A DNA stretch of 53,197 nt. Source: Perkinsus chesapeaki ATCC PRA-425 (Eukaryota; Protista; Perkinsozoa). The notes beneath the pieces are model-generated. The model was not told where the DNA came from, did no database searches, and saw nothing but the letters and a program-made list of their open reading frames with translations. Location of the stretch: the NCBI GenBank assembly GCA_013115145.1, contig JAAPAO010000203.1:1-53197 (forward strand), written 5' to 3'. Below, one piece after another: positions 12,174-21,785 of this stretch. Every line of letters starts with the position of its first letter. The stretch's first letter is position 1. Made by a program: the position numbers and the translations under genes.

Positions 12174-13625
12174 TCAGTCAACGTTGAACAGCAACACCTG
12201 TCCCCGAGAATTGCCCATAGCCAACCAATCCTCCTTGGCCGCCAATGACTCCACTCGCCCCAGATTACTAATGGTCGTTGGCCAGTTCGAATACGTCTGA
12301 GATGTCCCAGCATTGGTCGCTCTGATGGCCGAGTTCTTAGCATTGGTTGCGCCGAAAATGACATTGCCCTTCATGGAGCAGACCGAAGTCAACGGGTTCA
12401 CCAACGAGTCACAGATGGTCCTGAAGTCCCCGAGGCCGCCGCCGCCCTCCTGCTTGAAGTCCACCACATCCATAGTGCTGCTAGAAGTCCCGAAAGCCAG
12501 GCCCTTATCGAATGGAGCTCCACAGGTGATCGAGACGGCCAGGTCGTCATGGACTTTCGATACGCACCGTCTTGTACCGACGTCCCACTCGTAAACATTC
12601 GCCCGACCGTCCGCACAGATGAGATTGCCATTGTTAGGATGCCACATAACAACACTTGCCGGGCCACCAAGTTGGACTTTGGCTGCCAGCTTCCTGCTTC
12701 TGGTATCAGACACGAGGACCTCTCCGCCCTGTGTGGCCGTGGCGAAGTACTTAGTTCCGAGCGGAGCCAGGCACCAAAGCTTCCTATCCCTCCTCGACGT
12801 TCCGCAAGCTCCTTTAACCGCCGTCACAGTCTGCTTGTTCACATCGAACAGGCACACTGTCCCTTGGGGCCCGACCGCGGCCACCTCCTGATTGTTGAGA
12901 AATGCGGCCGACTGGATCTTAAAGTCCTTCAACTTCGCAGAGTAAACTTCAGTGTTCTTTTTTCCATCGACCTTATTCAACCGGAACGAATCGCTGAACT
13001 TGCTTGCCGACAGCAGAAGCTTCTCTCTAGGATGCCACGCTAACACCGTCACCGGTTGATAGCCGGACTTCTGCCTCACGGTGACGTTGGTGAGTCGGCG
13101 AATGGCCAGCTTGGTCGGGTCCGATATTTTCTTGAGACTCGGTACGAAATCGTCATCAGAGTCCTCACCAGTGGCAGGCTGGGTAGCCCATGCCTGCCGG
13201 CCGCTCATCTGCGTGAATCGACTCCTCAATCTGGACTCGTACTCCTTGACAGACACTTTGGCTTCATCACGACTGGCTCGAAGCTTCTTAAGACGGTTAT
13301 GGCTCGTCAAATCAACCTCGGGAAGATCTTCATCGTCCTCATCAACCTGATCGATTCACTGATATCTTCGCAGGCCATCGAACTTACCCAAGCGGCCTTA
13401 GCTGGCGCTGCCGGGGCCGCCTCTCCACTGGATCCACTCGCTTTCCTAAGAACGAGCAATGTGGTCGTCAACTTCGCTCCGCTGTCTAAATTTAGCGCGG
13501 AAAAGCGTTCCTAGGATACTCGGTACCACACAGTGTGTTAAGTGGCAAAGGCGATCTTTAATTGTACTAAAATAAGGCCTCAATCGAACGAGACGGCCGC
13601 CTGCTTACCTTTCCCTTTTGGGCAT
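12174..13625 (-). CDS. UTP18: U3 snoRNA-associated protein 18 (WD40, SSU processome)
   Basis: N-terminal AAW/VDEDDED across intron 13346-13387, WD repeats, and C-terminal YSNWPT...LGRV...LAMGNSRGQVLLF typical of Utp18. ATG at 13625 (MPKRE). Confidence 0.85.
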
Positions 13626-14117
13626 GTCGCAGTTCAAATCGATTACCAAGGCGCGCGCAAACTAAACTCGATGATATGCGTACGGTAGTACAGGTTCCAG
13701 GCCAACTCATCGGGGGTCGGGGTTGGAGTGCTAAGAGCCTGCTGGGCGTTATATAACAGATTCTGGGTCTCTAGAGCTCCCTGATTGAATAGCCCATGGA
13801 AGGGTACGTCAGAATTGGCTTGGCCAAAGTCGCGGAGTGGCGGATCGTGGGCGATGGTCCTCGGCGACTCTGCTGCCTACTGCCCGCCGCTTCAATGAGC
13901 GAGATTACTTAGGCAATCTAGGCATGTCTAGGAGGCCCACGGCACTAGTAGCAGTGTCTGGCGATAACCTGATGCTTGCGCACGCGTGCAGGCCCTCAGG
14001 CGCAGGACTGTCACGGCACTGGTGACTCACCACTGGTGAGGATCTCAAGGACTGGTGTCACACCGGTGATGTGATTCCAAGGTTGGAGGGTAGCTCTGAC
14101 ATATATTCTCCATAGTC

Positions 14118-15256
14118 GTGGGATTCGGGTCACACTTTCACCACCGTTTGGAGCTTGTTCATAATCGAGTACCTAATCCCGAATCAGTTGTTTATCTGAC
14201 CAATGCCCTTTCACAACTCCAACAGACCTGCCGTGGCTCCGTAATATCCCCTCCCAAATGTCATCACTTGATCAGTTGTTTAGGTTCGGCCTCGTTCTCT
14301 CTGACCCGAACAAGTACAACTCTGTGACAGGAATAATATTGCTCTCCCTCATCCCGGTGCTCTGCATCGCCCTCTTCGCTCTCATCCGTATCTGGGTTCT
14401 CGTTCCCGTTTACACATGGTAAGAAGAAGCAGCCTCTTAGCATTCCCCACAGACACACCTTCCCTCTAGGATGTACATCTTCAACGTGCTGTCGTTTGTG
14501 ACGCCAGTGCTGCTTTACTACGCCTTCCTCCGCAACAACAGCTTGAGCATGATCTGCTACTGCACCCTGTCCCTGGGCCTCTTCGTAACGTACCTCCTAT
14601 ATCTCGCCCGAGTAATGCGGGTTTTGGGTTTTCGGGTTTCGGGTTTTCCCACTGTATCACGACAGGTCTTCACCTTCGTTACGGCCTGTTATGTGTTCTC
14701 CAAGGAATGCAAAGTCGAAGGATCTAAAGTTGTCAACGCGGTGGCCAACCCCATGTAGCTCGATCAATCGACATTACTATTGTATCGCTCCTTCAGATAT
14801 AACTGCTCCGATTACAACGTAAGTGACTTGACTAATTTCCAGTACTGGGCCGAGACCACGACTACTACCTACTGGACCTACGGCGTCCTTATTGGCATTT
14901 TGATAGTCGCCGATCTGGTAAGTCGTGTCTGGTTATATCTTGGTTGTTCACTGATGATCAGGCTATGGGCATCTGGGGTATACTATTCGCCGTAAGACTG
15001 CGTAAAGGCGTCCTTGTCACGAGGGAAGCTCCTACTACCTTTGCCTATACGGTAGGCAGGAAGGGGGTGCATTTGATAGGGAATATGTCACTAGAGGAAC
15101 ACCCGACATTGCATTCTTTTTGGGAACACTGTGGTTTATCAATCGCTTTTTGGTCAGGTTGACACTGACGGGGTGACGATGACCAGAGGCACTCACCCCG
15201 ATGATGGTACCGTCGCCGTCGGCATTCCTGTTGAGAAGCCCGCGGAAAAGTTATGA
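14118..15256 (+). CDS. Multi-exon hypothetical membrane protein (about 4 TM)
   Basis: Hydrophobic exons IILLSLIPVLCIALFALIRIWVLVPVYTW / MYIFNVLSFVTPVLLYYAF / YWTYGVLIGILIVADL / ...PVEKPAEKL*. Start uncertain. Confidence 0.55.
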
Positions 15257-15319
15257 ACAGAACTTCAGCCGAGCTTAAGCTCGCTAGTTTACGCGGCGAT
15301 TAGATATAATTGATACTCA

Positions 15320-16605
15320 ACCTTTGACAACAAATTTTAGGATTTCATCTTCTACAGAATCCTGTTGTGCAATGCAGTGGGGCAAGGTGGAGACACTTGT
15401 GGTGTGTAAAGTGAATGGTAGCGCCATGTTGAATAGCAGTGCTCTGAGGGACCGTTTGAACTCAGAAAGAATCTCTCAAAATCTGATGTATAAGCTTGAC
15501 TTAATAAGGTGCTGCAAGAATCCAAAAGTGTGATCCTCCTTATTATTAGAATTAATACTCATATCAGGTTTGGATTACAAATATGGTATCAGTTTTAATT
15601 CTAAGGAGCGTTTGATGCCCCGTGTGCGTCCGTACCGAAAATAAAGACCAATAAATACACCCAACCGAAAGTACCGTTAGATCGGTGAACCCTTTAGTAT
15701 AAGAGTAGCGGTACAGTTGTCCGAGGACAAGTTAATATCGTTACACCTCAGAGCCATGCTCTCATGAGACTGGTAGGATGTCACTGTTACTGATTAATAC
15801 CACTGACCTCGCAGTATAATGGGAAGTTCCAGAAAAACGTGTTATTTGCAGATGACTATGTGGAGTAACAAAAGTTGAAATATGCTAGACACTGTCTATC
15901 CCATATGAGAAGTTCTCTCGTTCAACAACTTGAACATTGTTCTACTTTATCTCAATGAGAATGGTTTGTGTACCTGATATGTGGCGTGTAAGGCCGCTAC
16001 TATTCGCTTGAACGCCTGCCAGCGCCGAATGTGTAGATGTACGGGCGACCACATGTCCACAGGAGGGTATACTACTCGCGAAATTGATTCCTCAATCCGA
16101 CACCTACCGTTATATTGATGTCCCTATTCGCGGAAATAGCGAAATAGATTTCTGAAAGGTATAAACCACTTGTCGAGGAGAAGTTATCAATAGTGTCGAT
16201 GATGGAACTTATGTCGACCGTCTGACCGTGCTCATCTGCCATTATAAGTGTGTCACAGAGTGGAAGGCAATCCGCTGTATATCAACTTGCATATCATACA
16301 ATAGGACTTCGACGTTATATGACTTATGTAGATCTACACCATTGCGGACTATCTTTGCAATTCCATCGAAGTTTATTTTCTGCAGTCTGCACCGCATTGT
16401 GCATTTCTCTCGCAGCGATGTTACGTTCCCCTACCGACAGGTCCGCCTCGATGCTCTCAGTCGAGCTTATACAAGACCCGCATCCTCACCGGAAGTCTTA
16501 GATACAGTCAATATTTACTGCAACTTTGATGAACACAAGAACATGTTCCTGGCTTTCAGAGCTGTAATAGACGACTGGCATTCACAGTACCACATCCTTA
16601 TATAA
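15320..16605 (+). CDS. Possible multi-exon hypothetical protein
   Basis: Scattered short protein-like exons with splice signals; last exon QVRLDALSRAYTRP...DDWHSQYHILI*. No family recognised. Confidence 0.3.
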
Positions 16606-16680
16606 TTTAGGACCTCACAACCTGGTTCGACACAAACAAATCTACTCCACCTTGTGACGGTGAATGGATGAAAAAGGGTA

Positions 16681-16733
16681 CTCAACTGTCAGCAACAACG
16701 ATAAGCTTTCTCGTTGTTACTTCATTCGTCGAG
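16681..16733 (-). promoter_or_regulatory. SECIS element in the 3' UTR of the 17957-16854 gene
   Basis: Minus strand: CTCGAC-GA-ATGAA-GTAACAACGA-GAAAGCTTA-TCGTTGTTGC-TGAC-A-GTTGAG. Helix I 6 bp, AUGAN/NGAN non-Watson-Crick quartet, helix II 10 bp, apical loop with unpaired AAA. Confidence 0.9.
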
Positions 16734-16853
16734 ATATAATGCATCATATTCGGCATAAAGATACTATTGACTGACATTGGGATAACTCAGCGTACTTGAC
16801 TGTACGTAAGCTGAAATTGTGCTGCAAGAGCACGAGGAGGGGGGATCTTTTAT

Positions 16854-17957
16854 TTACACTTTATCAGATGAGCCTCCTCCACAACACTTGGCTCGGCATC
16901 CAGCCCAGCAGCCGCGCCAGTTAAGACTGCGGCACTGGGTGGCGAGTTTGCGAGGCAAACTGGTATACCAGGCTATCGATACGAACATCAAGATGTACCC
17001 TAGATACGTGAGGATAATTGTGAAGAATATTCCATAGAAGGAATATGACCCATCAGAGTTGTACCTGAAATGACATTAGCGTTACAGTTACTGAGCAAAC
17101 TTACATCGACATATGAACGCCTAAGGCATTCTCTTCAACCACTTGCAAAGGCCCGGCGCCAAGATCGGGACAAGTCCCTTCTTTGCCTTGTGCAACAGAG
17201 GCCACTTGATAAACACAGCTCCCAAGGTGGAACTTGTACTGCTTACCAGTAGCAGCTGAAACGATGAGGGTCGAGACAATTGAGAAATATGCGGACTTAC
17301 GATCGATAAGGTACCAGTTGACGGCATCCAGGAGAACGTGGCGGAGCAAGTCCATCATAACAGCCACAGTGGCCACTAGTATCATGTAAAAAGGGCCCCA
17401 TTTCCTAATGTGGGGTTTAACGTTTTTGCGTTTTCTTTTTGTACCAATAAAGACCTGGAGAACGTATGTCGGCCAAAGGGGAACATTGCCTTACAAATTG
17501 GCAGAGGTTAGTAAAGACAGCAAGGGTAAAGCCGAATGTGATAGAGTGCGAGAAGCCATTGAGCCCCGCGGAGCTCGCCAGGCCAAGGAGGCCGAGGACG
17601 AGCACAGGCCAGCATCAGGATCCGACCTGACCAGATGTTAGCGCGCTACGGTGAGATGAGATCTTACCAACGCCGGAATTGATACTAGCATGACCAGAAA
17701 TGAAACGATAAAGGACTTCACAGCGCTGCCCTGCGACACCTGGGCAAACATGTTGATAAAGTACCCTTCGGGGAAATCCTACCTCACTGGTGTCAGCAGA
17801 GGGAATCTCGTCCATCAGCACCTGCTTGTCCTCAGGCTCCTGTCATTCATCACACTCTTCAGCATCGGGCCTACTCTTATCGCCTGTAAAGGATATGAAA
17901 GTGAGGACCTACGTGAACCCCCTCCCTACGTAGGTCCTCGTTTACTTCTTGGGGCAT
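16854..17957 (-). CDS. Candidate selenoprotein: 282-aa multi-pass membrane protein with Sec23 (CDEU) and Sec71 (GSUCWP)
   Basis: Exons 17957-17930, 17883-17783, 17739-17668, 17626-17495, 17454-17301, 17255-17105, 17064-16854 total 849 nt. Six GT-AG introns of 40-46 nt, all phase-consistent. In-frame TGA at 17845-17843 and 17617-17615; TAA stop at 16856-16854; SECIS downstream. Confidence 0.85.
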
Positions 17958-18533
17958 CTAAATAACTTGCTTTCTATGAGCTTGTAAGGGTCAACTGTCC
18001 AACTAAAAACTACGAGGAATAACTCGCGCCAACCACGATAGTAAAGATATGCTTCATCACCCGAGTTACTTTTTAATTCGCTAAAGCAGCCAAGAATCTT
18101 GCACGCATGTACTTAAGGATACGCATGCGCTTTTTAACGCGGACTTCCCATGTACTGTATGCTCTGCCATCTGAAGAGTCTGTTCGCAGATCAAGTTATT
18201 TAATATAAAACAACAGCGCTTGAATACACGGCAATATCCAGTTACACTCAGAATGACCCTTTCCTTATACTAAAGGACGCACCAAGTAACAGGACATCAT
18301 ATCGCACGCGTGCACAATACCAACACAACGTTGACCGTTTCATTAAACCTTTCCCTTTTTCTGCCCCTCTATTTGACTTGTCTCTTGCATACTTCTTTTT
18401 AATATGTTGATCCGCACTATGGACAACACAACACCAACTAAACCAATGTAACTGCCACTTTGTATCCAAGATCCGACACCATTGTACGTTTATAGCAGAT
18501 TACAATTAACTCGCTTCAATTCACTTAACAAAA

Positions 18534-18983
18534 TTACAGGCCAGCAGCCTTCTTTTCACGCTCGTAACGTTTCTTATCATCCTCGGCCAGCTTATTGTAA
18601 GGAGCCTTCTCTTTCTCGCTCATCTGCCATAAAACTCACAAGTGTTCAATCTTTCCCACTTACCGCCTTCCAAGCTTCGCCCATCTTCTTGGCGAGCTCC
18701 CCTATATCCCGGCTCTGGAGGCCACTCTCCTTCATGATCTTATCGCGGTTCTTTTGCATAAAGAAGAAGTATCTAAACAAACACATCCATGGACGGTGGT
18801 GGAGCGAGTTCAGGGCTACACAAGAGTCAAACGCGCAACTATCTGCACACTTAAAACCTACGCGCTGATAGACCTCTTGATCTTCGGCTTGCCATCGTCG
18901 CTCTTGCCCTTCGTAACCTTTTTGACTTTGGTAGGCGTGCTCTTCTTAGGAGAAGCCTTGGTTGTCTTCTTAGTAGCCGCCAT
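18534..18983 (-). CDS. HMG-box protein (Nhp6/HMGB-like), copy 1
   Basis: Three exons: MAATKKTTKASPKK...KPKIKRSISA / YFFFMQKNRDKIMKE...GELAKKMGEAWKA / MADERKEPYNKLAEDDKKRYEREKAAGL*. Confidence 0.9.
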
Positions 18984-19173
18984 TTGTTCGATAAAGAACC
19001 TTTCCTAGAAAACCAATCGAAGGGGAACAACGTCAAACTCAAACTCTTGAAAAGTCAGTAACTGCCGCTAATTAAGGCTGTGAAGTGACAGAAACCGCTA
19101 TGGGTTACTCCAGAGCTACGTTCTGATCTTGAGCAAGTTACCAACTGAGCATGCATAAGCAGTGCAACGGCCC

Positions 19174-19574
19174 TTAGATGCCAGCAGCCGCCTTCTCGCG
19201 TTCATAACGCTGTTTATCATTGTCGGCCATTTTAGTATAAGGAGCTTTCTCCTCGACGCTCAACTGAAAACACCGCGATAATGAAAAGCTTGTGCAACAG
19301 TGCCTACGGCCTTCCAAGCTTCGCCCATCTTCTTGGCGAGGTCCCCAATATCTTTGCTCTGCAGACCATTCTCTTCCATGATCTTCTGGCGATTCTTCTG
19401 CATAAAGAAGAAGTATCTGGCAACAATCATACACCACCCACACCCTTAAGGATCCTACGCGCTCAAGGCACGCTTGATCTTCGGCTTGCCATCGTCCTTC
19501 TTAGCCTTCGAAGCCTTCTTGACCTTCACCGGGGAGGCAGCCGTCTTAGTAGCCTTCTTAGGAGCGGCAGCCAT
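19174..19574 (-). CDS. HMG-box protein (Nhp6/HMGB-like), copy 2
   Basis: Three exons: MAAAPKK...KPKIKRALSA / YFFFMQKNRQKIMEE...GDLAKKMGEAWKA / LSVEEKAPYTKMADNDKQRYEREKAAAGI*. Same intron positions as copy 1. Confidence 0.9.
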
Positions 19575-19781
19575 TAGACTACTATTAACCTTACAAAGCC
19601 AGTATATTTCGTTTGTTATCGACAACGCCGTTTTCGCCCGAAGTGCAGACGAAACGGGCACTGAGAAATCCCCAAGATCGCCAAGAGTATCTTTTCTTGC
19701 GCGTTTCATGCACGAAAAACACATTATAAAAAGCGCACGCCCAAAAATAATCTGCAGAATACCCCTCCGATCGTTGTTCTG

Positions 19782-21480
19782 ATGGAAGACTCGGGCAATC
19801 CGGAGATCCCAGAGCTGCCATTGGCAGACTCAGCTAGGACCACCAGCTCCACTGGACGGAAGGTCTCGACTGCTCGTGGTCGGCGAAAGAAGTTCACTCT
19901 GGACCAAGTAGAAGCTGAGCTATGCCAGTAAGCCGTACATTGCCAATTTTAGCGACTCTGCTGCACGGAAATGCCACCGTGTGCCAGCCAATCGATTCAA
20001 TCGAATCAAATATATGACTGAGCTGGCCGGAAATAGGCTTTGGGCTGCCTCTCGGAAGCCCCTAACTTGTTGAGCGTTCCCAAAAGTTGTGTAAACTCAA
20101 CTGCCTGAAAAGGGTGTGTCTATTCAACCTAATACTCTCAGGCGATTGGTCGACACAGAGAACAATTTCACCAAGACAGATGAGCACCTCGCCAAGTTGC
20201 TGGCGCGCAAGCTAACGTTTCCCGAGGACGATCACATCATTGAATCCGCTCGAGACCGCAGGACCAACACAGGTACCGATCCATGTCGGACGTTACAAGC
20301 CATTTGCAGCTGCGGTCAGATGCCGAGTACAAGCTGAAGGAGGCAGAAGGCCTGATAGCGATGCTTCAAGACGAGCTTTCGGCAGCCCGGAGAGCCAACG
20401 CCGACGCCCGAGACGAAGCCAGGTACGTCATTCGCATCAAATTTCGCGAGATGCCTTATCTGTGTTAGGTGCTGTGTGGAGGAGAGCGAGAACCTGAAGT
20501 GCGCATTGCGGGACATAAGACGCGATAACGAACGAGTGAGTTCCAGTCAACCGCTATGCTATCAGCCTAGGCTTAGCTCACGGCCGAGCGGGACCATGCA
20601 ATATGCCAACAATACGAGGCACGGAAAATCATAGAAGACCGCGACAGGAATGAAGCTCAAGGGTCAGGGATGGCCAACTGCGCCTGCGCATCTCCATTAC
20701 AGGTACCAAGATCTGTTGGCGACCCATGAAAGGACGCTTATCAACCTCGAGGATGCCTCGATGGAATTGGAGAGGGTTAAGGACGAAAATCGGTGAGACG
20801 CTTACGGAGATCCGCGCGACAGAACGATCCACCGCAGGCGACTCATGGACGAATTAGTAAAATGCAAAGTGCAATTAGCGTCATTTAGAGAGAAGCGAGA
20901 TAATGCAGGTCAGCTTGGTATCAGTCCTAGTGAAGGAAATCATCTTATTTCAGATCTAATTGAAGCTCATGAGCTGCCGTCCACTGAAGGCAGACTCCGA
21001 CGGTAGGTTAGAATTCCCTTGGCCTTCTATCAATATCTTTCAGGGACTCTCGAGACAGAAGAGCTCCTTTGACAGCAAGGACTTGGGGTGCCGTTAAAAA
21101 AGTAAGGACGATTCCGAGGGGCCGACGGGCTACTGGCAGATTGCAGGCCCTCGGCCAGTATAAGCCACCCGTTCATCGAACTCCTTCGCCTCCAGGCGTC
21201 TCGCGATACCCTAGCGACGCTTTCAACAGCGACAAGATATTCCGCGATGACTCTGGGATCGATGGTTGTTGAATTTAAAGGACTCGATTGTGCTGGTCGG
21301 TTGGCCGGCAATGTCCCGCCCCCAGCAGCTGCGTCATCGGCTCCGTATCGACGAGCAGACCGTTCATGACTTACCAATGTCATTACTATCGTTTTATCGA
21401 GTTAGTTTTATTCCAATGACGAGCATTTACACGCTCTTGTCGAACAAATGCTCGCGATCTCCTCTTGCTTAATCAGCAAA
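19782..21480 (+). CDS. Multi-exon coiled-coil hypothetical protein
   Basis: MEDSGNPEIPELPL...; heptad-rich exons DAEYKLKEAEGLIAMLQDELSAARRANADARDEAR and YQDLLATHERTLINLEDASMELERVKDENR. 3' end approximate. Confidence 0.55.
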
Positions 21481-21785
21481 ATCGAAGAAGTACTGTGGCT
21501 TCAGAGCTTATTTATTGTATGATACAGTTTGTATTTAGCATTTTAAGTCGCGACTATGTTCTCAGCTTTGAGTGCAGCGCTGACGCTCTTCCCGTTCCTG
21601 AACAGACTACTACTTCCCGAGATTTCCCCCTAGAGACTGTGACAACAACATGTCGAAGAAGAGGGTCTTATACGATCACTTGATGGTCCAATGAACTTAA
21701 ATAACTCAGCACAATAGATACGGAAAGATGCCCAGCAGAATTTCGCCGAATGCGCGGTACAATAGAAATATAATATGAAAAACTC

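Noticed and set aside
9888-13514. Long antisense and alternate-frame ORFs (e.g. 9940-10824, 12549-13043, 13056-13514)
   Set aside because: Shadows of the repeat-protein and UTP18 coding regions, with no independent protein features.
17615-17845. UGA read as Trp (variant nuclear genetic code) instead of Sec
   Set aside because: TGA is used as a normal stop at the conserved end of dolichol kinase (46088-46090), Trp is encoded by TGG throughout, and a SECIS is present only for this gene.
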